Below, in pieces: positions 1 to 9,910 of a DNA stretch of 64,000 nucleotides. How positions within the stretch are numbered: the first letter of the stretch is position 1; every line of letters starts with the position of its first letter. This stretch comes from a virus. Position numbers and translations under genes: made by a program. Under the pieces are notes generated by a model that did no database searches, had not been told where the DNA came from, and worked only from the letters and a program-made list of their open reading frames with translations. Location: the IMG/VR virus record IMGVR_UViG_3300028800_001035, positions 8,464 through 72,463 of that record. One strand, written 5' to 3'.

Positions 1-21
1 GAAAGACGTAAAGATTCGCCG

Positions 22-1962
22 ATGACCCTCGACCCGACCCATCGCGCCGCCGGGATCATATTCCGCGCGCCGAACGGAGAGGCGCTCTTCTTGAAGCGCG
101 GGCCGGGCGGAGACTATCCGGGCGCGTGGTGCTTTCCCGGCGGGCACCTCGAAGGAAACGAGACGCCCGAGGCCGCCGCCTGCCGCGAAGCGGTCGAGGA
201 GGTCGGATTCCTCCCAAAGGGAAAGCGCGAACCGCTCGCCCGTTCCATCGCCGTTCAAGAGTTCGCGGAGGCACCCGCCGCCGCGATGCCCGACGGGGCG
301 GTCGGAGCGGAAGCCCTTCCCGGACCGGCCGCCCCGAAGGTCGTCGACTTCACGACGTTCCTTCAGGACGTCGCGGAACCGTTCGCCCCCGAGCGCGACG
401 CCGAGCACATTGGCCACGCTTGGGCCCCCCTGACCGCGCCGCCGGAACCGCTCCATCCCGGTTGCCGCGTCGCGATCGACCGGCTCTTCGCCGACGAGCT
501 CGGCGTCGCGAGGATGATGGCCGCCGGGGCTTTGACGAGCCCGCAGGTCTACAAGAACGTCACGCTCTGGGCGATGCGCGTTACCGGGACCGGCGTCGCC
601 TACCGCCGCCCGGTCTTCAAGACCGGCAAGGACGGCAAGGTCGAGCTCGGCGAGGACAAGAAGCCGATCGTTCTTCGCGAGGAGGAGTTTCCGTGGCGCG
701 ACCCGGAGCTCTACCTCAACGACGAGTTCCTCGCGCGCTGCAACGGCCTCCCGGTCATCTGGGAGCATCCGAAGGGCGCGACGCTCGATTCGAAGGAGCA
801 CGCCCGCCGCGTCGTCGGAAGCGTCTTCCTCCCGTATATAAGCGGGGACGAGGTCTGGGGCATCGCGAAGGTCTACGACGACGAGGCCAACGCCGAGATG
901 CGGAAGAACCAGCTCTCGACCTCGCCCGCCGTCGTCCTCTCCGACCCGGAGAGCCCGTCATACAAGTTTCGCCTCGAGGACGGCTCCGTCCTCCTCGTCG
1001 AAGGAAAGCCGAGCCTGCTCGATCATCTCGCCATCTGCGAGCGCGGCGTTTGGGATAAAGGTGGCGAGGCAGCAGGAATTATCAACCAAGTTTTAGAGGA
1101 GAATGAAGACATGCCTGAAGCGGTAAAGACCGACGCCGTGACCCCGACGCTCGCCGACGTTTTGGCCGCGATCGGCGGCCTCGCCGTATCGGTCAAGGAC
1201 ATCGGTGCTCGCGTCGACTCGATGGAGGAGAAGAAGGACTCCGACGAGGAAAAAGAAAAAGAGCGCAAGGACGCCGAAGAGAAGGAAAAGTGCGACGCGG
1301 AAGCGAAGGCCAAGGCCGACGCCGACGAGAAGGCGAAGAAGGACGCCGAGGACAAGGAAAAAGGCGATCCTGAAAAGGTCGCCGCCGACGCGAAGAAGGA
1401 CGCCGACGAGAAGGCGAAGAAGGACGCCGAGGACAAGGAAAAAGAGCGCAAGGACGCCGAAGTCAAGGCGGACGCCGACCGCGCCGAGAACAAAGTCCTC
1501 AAGGCCCGCCTCGACGCCCTCGAGCGCAAGCTCCCGAAGGATCGCGGCGACAGCGACTACAACGCGATGTCGCAGGCGCAAGCCCGCGCCGACGGCGTCT
1601 ACAACGCTTTCGGCGAGCAAGCCCCGCGCTTCCTCAACGGCGAAGAAGTCATCGACTATCGCCGTCGCTTGGTCGACAAGTTCAAGTCGCACAGCGCGGC
1701 TTGGTCGAAGGTCGACCTCGCCCGCCTCGACTCCGACGCCTTCGAGATCGCGGAAGCCGCAATCTATGCGGACGCCGCCGTCGCCGCCGTCACGCCGGGC
1801 GACCTCCCGGACGGCGGTCTTCGTATGGTTCGCGGCAAGACGCCGTCGGGCCATACGGAGACGAAGTTCTACGGCCGCCCGAGCTCCTGGATGTCCCGCT
1901 TCTCGGGCTCCCGCCGCTACGCGACCTCTATCGTCCCCAACCCCAAGCGCGAGGCGGTCTAA
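22..1962 (+). CDS. Nudix hydrolase domain fused to DUF2213-like prohead protease and C-terminal charged scaffold
   Basis: Nudix box GGHLEGNETPEAAACREAVEEVG; protease-like core (NGLPVIWEHP...LSTSPAV...LDHLAICERG); K/D/E/A-rich coiled region; lies upstream of the capsid genes. Confidence 0.85.
   Translation: MTLDPTHRAAGIIFRAPNGEALFLKRGPGGDYPGAWCFPGGHLEGNETPEAAACREAVEEVGFLPKGKREPLARSIAVQEFAEAPAAAMPDGAVGAEALPGPAAPKVVDFTTFLQDVAEPFAPERDAEHIGHAWAPLTAPPEPLHPGCRVAIDRLFADELGVARMMAAGALTSPQVYKNVTLWAMRVTGTGVAYRRPVFKTGKDGKVELGEDKKPIVLREEEFPWRDPELYLNDEFLARCNGLPVIWEHPKGATLDSKEHARRVVGSVFLPYISGDEVWGIAKVYDDEANAEMRKNQLSTSPAVVLSDPESPSYKFRLEDGSVLLVEGKPSLLDHLAICERGVWDKGGEAAGIINQVLEENEDMPEAVKTDAVTPTLADVLAAIGGLAVSVKDIGARVDSMEEKKDSDEEKEKERKDAEEKEKCDAEAKAKADADEKAKKDAEDKEKGDPEKVAADAKKDADEKAKKDAEDKEKERKDAEVKADADRAENKVLKARLDALERKLPKDRGDSDYNAMSQAQARADGVYNAFGEQAPRFLNGEEVIDYRRRLVDKFKSHSAAWSKVDLARLDSDAFEIAEAAIYADAAVAAVTPGDLPDGGLRMVRGKTPSGHTETKFYGRPSSWMSRFSGSRRYATSIVPNPKREAV
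1318..1444 (+). repeat. 46-bp direct repeat (1318-1363, 1399-1444) in the scaffold region
   Basis: gacgccgacgagaaggcgaagaaggacgccgaggacaaggaaaaag occurs twice, encoding DADEKAKKDAEDKEK. Confidence 0.9.
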
Positions 1963-1965
1963 GCC

Positions 1966-2844
1966 ATGGCGACTCCCAACATTACCATCAATCCTGCCCA
2001 GACCTCGACCGCCCAAGGGACGTTCAACGTCTCCTCGAGCGGCCTGATCCAGGGCATGGCGTACCCCGACCCCGCGACGCGGTTCGCCCTCGTTCAGGGG
2101 CTCGTCTCGGCCTCCGAAACCATCCCGATGTGGGGCGGCGTCGCCGTCTTCGAAGACATCGCGACGCTCAACAACGGGACGAACCCGTCGTCGGTCCTCG
2201 GCTCGGCGATCGGCCGGGCGACGACCGTCACGGGCGGCTCGAAGCCGATCCTCGGCTTCTCCGTCTTCGACCAGGCCTACGGGATGATCAACAGCCCGCA
2301 GTCCCCGGTTCAGCTCGCGGCGGCGGGCGCGTCGGCGAACTACTACCGGCTCGGCTCGGGAGCCCGGATTGCGGTCGCCTGCGACCCGAACCTCGCGAGC
2401 CTTCGCGGCGGCCTCGTCAACGCGAGCGTCTCGTGGGACTTCGTCAACGAGCAGCTGATCGCGTACTCCGCGCCGACCTTCTCGGCGGGGTCGTACAGCT
2501 CCGGCACCGGCCTCGTGACGATCACGACGACCGCTCCGCACGGCTTGCTCCCGGGTGATCAGATTATCACCTCGGGCGCGACCGGAACCGGCGCGGACCT
2601 CGCGCTCGTCAACGGGCAGTTCGCGCTCGCGGCGGGAACGACCGGCTCGACGCTCGTCTACAGCGTCGGAACCGGCCACACCATCTCGTCGATCACGGGC
2701 CTTACGCTCGGGACCGGCGCGATCTTGACCTCGGTCAAGGTCCTCGAGATCGAAACCGGCAACTCGATGACGGTCTCGTACGACGCAACCTCGGGTTTCG
2801 CGACCTGGAACCGCAGCGGCTCCGCTGCCGTCATCCTGATCTAA
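1966..2844 (+). CDS. head decoration/cement protein with an inserted small beta domain
   Basis: Lies between scaffold and major capsid; G/S/T/A-rich; contains TTTAPHGL insert. Confidence 0.65.
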   Translation: MATPNITINPAQTSTAQGTFNVSSSGLIQGMAYPDPATRFALVQGLVSASETIPMWGGVAVFEDIATLNNGTNPSSVLGSAIGRATTVTGGSKPILGFSVFDQAYGMINSPQSPVQLAAAGASANYYRLGSGARIAVACDPNLASLRGGLVNASVSWDFVNEQLIAYSAPTFSAGSYSSGTGLVTITTTAPHGLLPGDQIITSGATGTGADLALVNGQFALAAGTTGSTLVYSVGTGHTISSITGLTLGTGAILTSVKVLEIETGNSMTVSYDATSGFATWNRSGSAAVILI

Positions 2845-2859
2845 GGAGGGTCAGAAACC

Positions 2860-3879
2860 ATGCTGAACGCTTCGTCCTACATCACCGTCAATCCCTCCTT
2901 CATGGAGCCCGAGATCATCCTGCCGTACTCGCAGGCCTCGGGCGCGTTCGACCTTATCGCCGACGGCGAGCCGCGAGTCCGGCTCTCCGAGGGCGACCTC
3001 TGGGTCTACATGAAGCGCCTCGACCTCCGCACGCGCATGGCGGCCGGGCAGGCCTCCGGCAATCAGCTTCCCGGCGTCTCGATCGCCGCGTCGCAGATCA
3101 GCACGCCGACCTACCTTCAGCGCGTCCGGGCGACCTACGACCATCACGACACCGCCGCCGCTGCTCGCTGGGGCTTCGGGCTTCCGGAGGCCTATCGCCT
3201 CGGGATGTTCCAGGGCCACTTCCAGCTCGCGCGCTCGGCCTTGCTCTACGGCTTCAACCCGGCGAACGGCGAAGGTCTCATTCACGCGAATGGTGCCACC
3301 GCCCTCAACCTGCCGGCCGACCAGTTCGGCAACACGACCGTCCTGACCTACGACAACGGTCAGATGGCGTTCTTCTTGCTTCAGCAGATCGGCCTGATCA
3401 AGACGCGGACCAACCAAATGGGGATCGGGCGCAAGTTCACGATCCTCGGCCCGCAGCGGGTTCTCGAGACCTTCGAGTACCCGGGGATCGTTCAGCTCGT
3501 CCAGTACCAGCGCGTCGGCGCGGGCACGGCGACGACCGCGAACGTCGTCAAGGAGACTTGTATGTCGAACGGCGACCAGATCATCTGGGCGTACGACGAC
3601 ACCTTGATCGGCCAGGGCTCGGGCGGGACCGACGCCGTCATCATCTCGATGCCGGAAGTCGAGAAGCCGGAAAGCTCCCCCCTGAATACGAACGTCTTCG
3701 CGAACCTCGGCCCGGGCAATCCGGTCTGCGCGACGATGTACGCGGATATGGCCGCGCCGCGCGAGATCACCTCGCCGATGGCGGGCGGGGCGACCGACGT
3801 CCTGACCGAATGGCGCGTTACTGCCGGCTGGGCCGTCCGCCCGGAGGCGATCACCATCATCTCGATGCAGTACCAGTAA
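2860..3879 (+). CDS. major capsid protein
   Basis: 339 aa, strong RBS (aaggagg), follows scaffold/decoration genes and is followed by a terminator. Confidence 0.8.
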   Translation: MLNASSYITVNPSFMEPEIILPYSQASGAFDLIADGEPRVRLSEGDLWVYMKRLDLRTRMAAGQASGNQLPGVSIAASQISTPTYLQRVRATYDHHDTAAAARWGFGLPEAYRLGMFQGHFQLARSALLYGFNPANGEGLIHANGATALNLPADQFGNTTVLTYDNGQMAFFLLQQIGLIKTRTNQMGIGRKFTILGPQRVLETFEYPGIVQLVQYQRVGAGTATTANVVKETCMSNGDQIIWAYDDTLIGQGSGGTDAVIISMPEVEKPESSPLNTNVFANLGPGNPVCATMYADMAAPREITSPMAGGATDVLTEWRVTAGWAVRPEAITIISMQYQ

Positions 3880-3898
3880 ACCGGAAGACGTTTCCGTC

Positions 3899-3928
3899 AA
3901 AGAGCAACCCTCGCGGGTTGCTCTTTTG
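3899..3928 (+). terminator. rho-independent terminator after the capsid gene
   Basis: aaagagcaaccc-tcgc-gggttgctcttt perfect hairpin ending in a T-run. Confidence 0.85.
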
Positions 3929-3968
3929 GGAAGCGCCGTGAAGGGCCTTCGCAAGAAAGGGCAACAAG

Positions 3969-4478
3969 ATGAAGACGTACATCGCGAACTGCACTATGCA
4001 GAACCAGACGGCGAACTTTCGCCTCCCGGAATTTCCGAAGCCGCACTCGATCAAGGTCCCGATGGGACGGCAGGCGGAGGTCGGCGACTTGACGCCGCCG
4101 CAGCTCGACTCCTTCGTCGATCAGATGGGGCGCTACGGTATGGTTCACGTCAAGGAGGCGGGCAAGGCGACCGTCAAGATCGTATACCTCTATTCGACCG
4201 ACGGCCCCGTCCCGCAGGAGGCGTTCCTCCGCGTCCTCGAGCGGAACAGGGGGCTCTTGCGGAACGAGGGCGTTCGCCGCCGCCAGGAGGCCGCCGTCGC
4301 GGCCAACGCGGCGATGAACACCGAGGACACGCCGGTCAAGAACCTCGAGATGTCGATTGAGGAAGAGACCTCCGGCTCGTTCGCGGGTCAGGACGACCCG
4401 ATCGCCGAGGGCATCAAGATCGACAACGAGGCGGTCACGAGCGAGAACAAGACACCGCGCCGACGCGGCAAGGGCTGA
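3969..4478 (+). CDS. virion morphogenesis protein, unknown function
   Basis: ORF with the genome's codon usage in the head-neck operon. Confidence 0.6.
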   Translation: MKTYIANCTMQNQTANFRLPEFPKPHSIKVPMGRQAEVGDLTPPQLDSFVDQMGRYGMVHVKEAGKATVKIVYLYSTDGPVPQEAFLRVLERNRGLLRNEGVRRRQEAAVAANAAMNTEDTPVKNLEMSIEEETSGSFAGQDDPIAEGIKIDNEAVTSENKTPRRRGKG

Positions 4479-4485
4479 ACGCCCG

Positions 4486-4998
4486 ATGAGCTGCGCGGCC
4501 CTCGCGATTCCTCCTCCGACCCAGGCGGGGTTCATCGACTTCGCCCGGACGATTATGGGGATCACGGTCAAGCAGCTCCCGGACGCCTCGCCGTTCTTCA
4601 CTTACGCGTTCTGCGTCTCCCTCGAGCTCGTCAACTGCGCGATCCGCGACGCTTCGCCGTTCATGTATCGGCTCGCGGTCTACAACCTCGCGGGTTCGAA
4701 CCTCCTCAACTGGGCGCAGGACCCGGTCCCGGTCGACCCCTACCCGCCGAACAACGACGAGTCGAAGGCGAACGGCGTCGGGTTCTTCGCCTATACCCGC
4801 GCGCAGTACAATATGCTCGGGTTCGTCTCCGGTATCATCCAGGCCGCCGCCGACGAGACGACGTCCGAATCGCTCGTCGTCCCGGAGAGCTTCAAGAACT
4901 TTACGATCGCGAACCTTCAGCAGCTCAAGGACCCCTACGGGCGGGCGTACCTCGGCATCGCGATGGACTACGGCCCGGCGGCCTGGGGCTTGACCTAG
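4486..4998 (+). CDS. head-tail adaptor (DUF4054-like)
   Basis: Position; YRLAVYNLAG...GIIQAAADETTSES...DPYGRAYL pattern typical of adaptors; start chosen at ATG 4486. Confidence 0.6.
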   Translation: MSCAALAIPPPTQAGFIDFARTIMGITVKQLPDASPFFTYAFCVSLELVNCAIRDASPFMYRLAVYNLAGSNLLNWAQDPVPVDPYPPNNDESKANGVGFFAYTRAQYNMLGFVSGIIQAAADETTSESLVVPESFKNFTIANLQQLKDPYGRAYLGIAMDYGPAAWGLT

Positions 4999-5511
4999 AT
5001 GCTCAAACTTCACATCGGCGTCTTCGACGTTCCCTACGTCAAGCGCGAATCGCCGAAGAGGATGGCGGCGCGGATCGCGAAGAACGCGAAGAAGCCTCTC
5101 GCCAAGCCAAAGCACGCGAGCGCCGATAACAGGACGACCGGCGACGTCGCGACGATCCTCGAGGCCAAGTACGGACTCTTCACAGCCTTCTTCGAGAACA
5201 AGGAGCTCGAGATCGCCGCCGCGCTCGAGGGCGGCCTCAAGGACTCGCTCGAGAGCCTCCTAACCGGAGCCCCGACGAGCCTCGACCCCTTCGGCGACGG
5301 GACGGCGAAGATCGACGAGATGTTCAAGGACTTCCTCTCGACCCGCGAGGCCGAGCGCGTCGGCATCCCGGGGACGCCGACCAAGGCCGCCCGGCGCGGC
5401 GTCAACCACAGATTCAAGCACCCGTACGCGAAGGACAATCCGCGCCGCCCGTCGTTCATCGACACGGCCCTTATGCAGTCCTCCGAGAAGTCGTACGTCG
5501 AGGAAACCTAG
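4999..5511 (+). CDS. neck / tail completion protein
   Basis: Position; C-terminal RPSFIDTALMQSS resembles HK97-gp10-like proteins. Confidence 0.55.
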   Translation: MLKLHIGVFDVPYVKRESPKRMAARIAKNAKKPLAKPKHASADNRTTGDVATILEAKYGLFTAFFENKELEIAAALEGGLKDSLESLLTGAPTSLDPFGDGTAKIDEMFKDFLSTREAERVGIPGTPTKAARRGVNHRFKHPYAKDNPRRPSFIDTALMQSSEKSYVEET

Positions 5512-5835
5512 ATGGCAGTCAAATCGACCGCGAGGGCCGCAGCGAAGGACCCAACGCGGCACTCTTTCGACATCCACGGCAACGGCTACGTCGACCACGG
5601 CGCGGAGCCGACCATCGCGCCCGGCGCGGCGGCGCTACCGCCCGTCCGGCCCCCCGCCTTGGCGACTGAGGGCTCGTGTCACGTCCTCCTCGCGCCCGGC
5701 CCGAACGAAATCATCCTCCGCTGGGTCGGAGGCAATTGGCAGCATCCCTTCAACCCGGGCGCGGGCAACCGCCTCGCCTGGACGCCGAAGCACCTCGGCG
5801 ACGCCGGATGGTCCTATCACGGCCTGGTGAACTAG
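5512..5835 (+). CDS. hypothetical protein
   Basis: Abuts both neighbours in the operon. Confidence 0.5.
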   Translation: MAVKSTARAAAKDPTRHSFDIHGNGYVDHGAEPTIAPGAAALPPVRPPALATEGSCHVLLAPGPNEIILRWVGGNWQHPFNPGAGNRLAWTPKHLGDAGWSYHGLVN

Positions 5836-5836
5836 C

Positions 5837-6928
5837 GTGACCGTCGCCGAGGCGCTCGGCGCGAAGACCCCGCTCGGGTCCGACCTCGCGGCTGGCGTCG
5901 ACGCGATCAGCTCGAACCAGAAGGTCACGTTTACGAAGTACGTTCGCCTGGTCCTCCCGATCGACGGCTCGATCTTCTGGGTTCGCGCGACGATCATCTC
6001 CGACGGCGCGCTCCTCAACGCCGCCGTCCTCAACTCGGCGGCGCTCAACGAGCTCCCGCTCGTCTCGATCCCGGCCGCGACGATAACGGTCAAGGGCTCG
6101 CTCCACTACGCGACGGAGAACCGGCAGCAACAGGAAGCGAACTACGCGGTCAACCGCGTCGTCTTCACGGCGGAGTCGCCGGTCAACGACCTCAACGCGG
6201 TCGGCCCGTCGACGATGTACATCGGTGAGTTTCAGGGGCAGCGGTTCGCGTTCTCCTCGCGCCGGTCCTTCTACAAGCAGGCGGACCTCTATCACTACGC
6301 GGGCGACGCGATCTACCCGCCGATGCTCTCTCAAATCATCGACGACGCGGTACAACTAGCGAACCGGGGGCAGGTCGTCTCCAACTCGCTCCCGATCTGG
6401 CTCTCGATCGCCGACTACTTCGCGCCGACCTTCGGCGGCATCGGCTTGAGCTTCGTCATCGGCGAGAGCGCGATCGGCGGCGGCTACTGGCCCTGGAAGG
6501 TTCCCTTCGCGCCGATCCCGGCGCTCTTCCCGTCCTACCTCGCCGACGACAACCTCGCGCCGCCGTTCGCGACGATACACATACCGCCGGAGTCGACCCA
6601 GGCGCTCGCCTCGGCACCGTTCCTCGGGCGGCGGCTCTCGCACCACCAGCTCGCGAAGGATAAGGTCAAGGTCACGTTCTACGGCCTCCGCAACGAGGAC
6701 GCGCTCGGCTTCATCGACACGGTCAACCAGTTCTCGCTCGACACCGACCGCCTCGGGATTATGAACATCCCGACGGTCCGGGACGAGAAGCAGACGCAGG
6801 CCGAGATGAACATAATCGCGATGAAGAAGACGGTCGAATACGAAGTTTCCTATCACCAAAACCAGGCGCGGGACGTGGCGCGTCAATTGATCTTGTCCGC
6901 GATCCCAACCTTCATATTTCCCACCTAG
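5837..6928 (+). CDS. neck protein (head-closure / tail-terminator-like)
   Basis: Position upstream of the sheath; GTG start. Confidence 0.55.
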   Translation: MTVAEALGAKTPLGSDLAAGVDAISSNQKVTFTKYVRLVLPIDGSIFWVRATIISDGALLNAAVLNSAALNELPLVSIPAATITVKGSLHYATENRQQQEANYAVNRVVFTAESPVNDLNAVGPSTMYIGEFQGQRFAFSSRRSFYKQADLYHYAGDAIYPPMLSQIIDDAVQLANRGQVVSNSLPIWLSIADYFAPTFGGIGLSFVIGESAIGGGYWPWKVPFAPIPALFPSYLADDNLAPPFATIHIPPESTQALASAPFLGRRLSHHQLAKDKVKVTFYGLRNEDALGFIDTVNQFSLDTDRLGIMNIPTVRDEKQTQAEMNIIAMKKTVEYEVSYHQNQARDVARQLILSAIPTFIFPT

Positions 6929-6940
6929 GAGAACGACCAA

Positions 6941-7321
6941 ATGCCGCAAGCCCCCCTGAACGCCTTCGTCGCGAAGAACCCCTCGAACGTCCTCGTCGCG
7001 CTCAAGGTCGACGCGAACGGCGACCTGATCGTCAGCTCCGCCGGGACGCCCGGCAACTCTTCGAAGAACTACGCCGCGAATACGGCGGGCGACCAGGCCA
7101 AGCTCGGCGCGGGCATCCTTCGCGGCTTGACCGTCAACACTGCCGGCCTGACCTCGACCGCGACGCTCTATGACGGGACGTCGACCTCCGGCACGAAGCT
7201 CGGGACCTTCTCGACCCTCGCGCAAAACAGCTTGCAGGACCTCAACCTCGCCTTCGCGACCGGGCTCTTCGTCGTCCTCGCAGGTGGGACCCCGGCGGAC
7301 GTCACGGTCTCCTGGTCCTAA
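6941..7321 (+). CDS. small beta-rich structural protein
   Basis: RBS ggag; G/T/A-rich; TLYDGTS...FATGLFVV pattern. Confidence 0.55.
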   Translation: MPQAPLNAFVAKNPSNVLVALKVDANGDLIVSSAGTPGNSSKNYAANTAGDQAKLGAGILRGLTVNTAGLTSTATLYDGTSTSGTKLGTFSTLAQNSLQDLNLAFATGLFVVLAGGTPADVTVSWS

Positions 7322-7357
7322 ATCGGCGCGGCCTCCAACCTTTAGGGGAACCCCCGA

Positions 7358-8740
7358 ATGGTCAACAACATTGTTACCGTCAACGTCTCGCAGACGATCG
7401 CGCCGACGCCGAGCACGCTCCAGAAGACCGGGGCGTTCATTTCCCAGGGGGCGACGACGCTCGGCGCGGGCAAGACCGCGCTGATCACGCAGCTCTCGGA
7501 CCTAACGTCAATCCTTCAGGGCGCGTTCGCCCTCGCCTCCCTAACCTGGTCCGGCGGCGTCGTCACGGGGACGACCGCCGCGCCGCACGGCTTCGCGAAC
7601 GGGCAGCAGATACAGCTGACGATCTCCGGCGCGGTCCCCTCGGGCTATAACGGGACCTACATCTGCACGATCACGGGCGCGTCGCTCTTCACGTACGCGC
7701 ACGCGGGAACCCTGACGACCCCGGCCGGAACGCCGGGCGTCTACACCGAGGAAGACGTCGCCGAGCTCCTCGCGATGGGGACGACCTTCTTCGCGCAGGG
7801 CGCGGCGCAGGCCGTCTACGTCCTCGAGCTCGGTCAAGGCGACGCCGCGACCGGCGTCACCGCGCTCTCGGCGTACATAACGGCGAACCCGAACGCGTTC
7901 TATTCCTACCTCGTCCCCCGCAACTGGGCGAGCGAGACGACCTACTGGGCCTTCGTCGCGAACTTCGAGAACCCGACCGCGAAGACCTACTTCTTCACGA
8001 CGATGTCGCTCGCGAACTACACGAACTTCACGCCGCAGATGAAGTCCGTCTTCGGCCTCGTCGAGGCCCCGGTCATCCCGGTCACGGAGTTCTCGCTCGC
8101 GGCGGTCTTCTACCGGACGCTCAACTACGACCCGTCGACGACGAACAAGGTCGCGCCGACCGCGTTCGCCTTCCTCTTCGGCGTTACGCCGTACCCTCTC
8201 CCGGGTAACAGCGCGCAACTCTCGACGCTCAAGTCCGCCTTCGTCAACTACGTCGGAACCGGAGCCGAGGGCGGGATCTCGACCGCCGTCCTCTTCTGGG
8301 GGACGACGATGGACGGGAACGACTTCACGTACTGGTACTCGGTCGACTGGGTCCAGATCAACATCGACCTCGACATCTCGAACGCGATCATCGACGGCTC
8401 GAACAACCCGATCAACCCCCTGTACTACAATCAGAACGGCATCGACCGGCTCCAGGGGGTAGCCGCGTCGACGATGTCGAGCGGCGTCACGTTCGGCCTC
8501 GTCCTCGGGAACGTCGTTCAGACCGCGCTCGACGGCCCGGCCTTGACCGACGCGCTCGCGCGGAAGCAGTTCGAGGGGCAGACGGTCGTCAACGCCGTCC
8601 CGTTCATCCCGTACTCGGAAGAGAACCCGGGCGACTACAAGATCGGCAAGTACAGCGGCTTCTCGATCTCGTACACCCCGGCGCGAGGGTTCCTCTCGAT
8701 CATCTTCAACGTCAACGTTTCCCAATTCGTAGCGGCTTGA
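7358..8740 (+). CDS. tail sheath protein (DUF3383-like)
   Basis: 460 aa, NIVTVNVS N-terminus, YSVDWVQIN and YYNQNGI motifs, directly upstream of the tube gene. Confidence 0.8.
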   Translation: MVNNIVTVNVSQTIAPTPSTLQKTGAFISQGATTLGAGKTALITQLSDLTSILQGAFALASLTWSGGVVTGTTAAPHGFANGQQIQLTISGAVPSGYNGTYICTITGASLFTYAHAGTLTTPAGTPGVYTEEDVAELLAMGTTFFAQGAAQAVYVLELGQGDAATGVTALSAYITANPNAFYSYLVPRNWASETTYWAFVANFENPTAKTYFFTTMSLANYTNFTPQMKSVFGLVEAPVIPVTEFSLAAVFYRTLNYDPSTTNKVAPTAFAFLFGVTPYPLPGNSAQLSTLKSAFVNYVGTGAEGGISTAVLFWGTTMDGNDFTYWYSVDWVQINIDLDISNAIIDGSNNPINPLYYNQNGIDRLQGVAASTMSSGVTFGLVLGNVVQTALDGPALTDALARKQFEGQTVVNAVPFIPYSEENPGDYKIGKYSGFSISYTPARGFLSIIFNVNVSQFVAA

Positions 8741-8748
8741 GGTAAAAG

Positions 8749-9189
8749 ATGGCCAACCCCCAAGTCCCCCAGGGCTCACTCAACCGGCTGCGGGCCTCGA
8801 TCGTCATCCCGCAGTTCCCGCAACTCAACGTCACGGCCGCGTTCCTCGGAGAAGAGGCGATCCGCCTCGCCTTCGAGGGCGACTCGACGACGTTCATCAA
8901 CACGCTGACCGGCGCGGTCACGTCGCCGGAGCCGTACATCGCCGCGTCGCTGACGATCTCGCTCCTCAAGACGCAGAACCTCGCGAACGCCTACAAGGCG
9001 CAGATGGAGCAGAGCGCGCTCCTCGGCGACCTGACCGTCCGCCCGGACTCCGCGATCCTCAACCCCTACCTCCTCGAGAACTGCGCGATCGAGAACGTCC
9101 AGGAGCTCAACTTCTCCGGACGGGACGCAGCCTACCGCGTCATGATCAAGGGCTTCTATATCGTCAACAACGTCCTCTGGAACGGGTGA
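8749..9189 (+). CDS. tail tube protein
   Basis: 146 aa, follows the sheath gene. Confidence 0.75.
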   Translation: MANPQVPQGSLNRLRASIVIPQFPQLNVTAAFLGEEAIRLAFEGDSTTFINTLTGAVTSPEPYIAASLTISLLKTQNLANAYKAQMEQSALLGDLTVRPDSAILNPYLLENCAIENVQELNFSGRDAAYRVMIKGFYIVNNVLWNG

Positions 9190-9224
9190 TCCGCGCCTAG
9201 GGCACATCCCGAAGGGCAAATCGG

Positions 9225-9773
9225 ATGCGCATCGACAAGAAACTGAACCTCGTAATACCCGTCGAGTACGACGACCGGACGCTCTACGTCCACTCCGCCC
9301 CGATCTCGAGCGAGGCTTTCGAGGCGAACTATATGATCCTCGCGAAGACGTTCTCGAAAATCTACACGGCGGGCCTCAACTGGCAGATCGGTCCCCGGAT
9401 CGCCGCCCTCGCCCTCAAGGAGGTCGCGGAGGAAGACGGGAACTGGGACGCCGTTCAGGCCTCTCTCGTCAACGACATCGAGCGCCTGACGAACGTCGCC
9501 GTCCCCGGCGCGAACGGATGGGAGGTCATTCCCTACGTCGAGGCGCGGTCGAAGGGTATCATCGACGCCGACGACGCGCGGGAGGTCGAGAACGCGATAA
9601 CTTTTTTTATTGTAGACTACGCGATCCACGGCCGCCGGGACGGGGAGAAAGTCATCAAGGAGGCGGCGAGGCTCTGGGGCGGGCAGACTACGTCGTCGAA
9701 CTGTACGGAGTTCGCCGCTTCCTTGCCGACGTCGACCGGGGCCGCGAGTTCTGGCGAGAAGGCGGCGTCGTAG
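9225..9773 (+). CDS. tail assembly chaperone (G)
   Basis: Between tube and tape measure genes; an overlapping -1 frame stays open to 9910. Confidence 0.7.
   Translation: MRIDKKLNLVIPVEYDDRTLYVHSAPISSEAFEANYMILAKTFSKIYTAGLNWQIGPRIAALALKEVAEEDGNWDAVQASLVNDIERLTNVAVPGANGWEVIPYVEARSKGIIDADDAREVENAITFFIVDYAIHGRRDGEKVIKEAARLWGGQTTSSNCTEFAASLPTSTGAASSGEKAAS
9602..9608 (+). other. candidate -1 programmed frameshift site T TTT TTT
   Basis: In-frame ACT TTT TTT ATT; the -1 frame is open to 9910, abutting the tape-measure ATG. Confidence 0.5.
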
Positions 9774-9910
9774 GCGACGTTCTCGACTGGGCGTCCGGCG
9801 AGGGCTCCGACGAGTTCTTCTCCCGCGACGGCGAAGAGCAATTCGACGCCTCCCGCTTCCGCAACCGTCACGTCGTCAACGCGATCCTCTCGCTCAAGAA
9901 GGGCAAGTGA

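Noticed and set aside
1093-8779. Long antisense and alternate-frame ORFs (e.g. 1093-2679, 2851-3954, 7541-8779)
   Set aside because: Arg/Gly/Pro-rich shadows of real genes, expected with high GC and strong codon bias.
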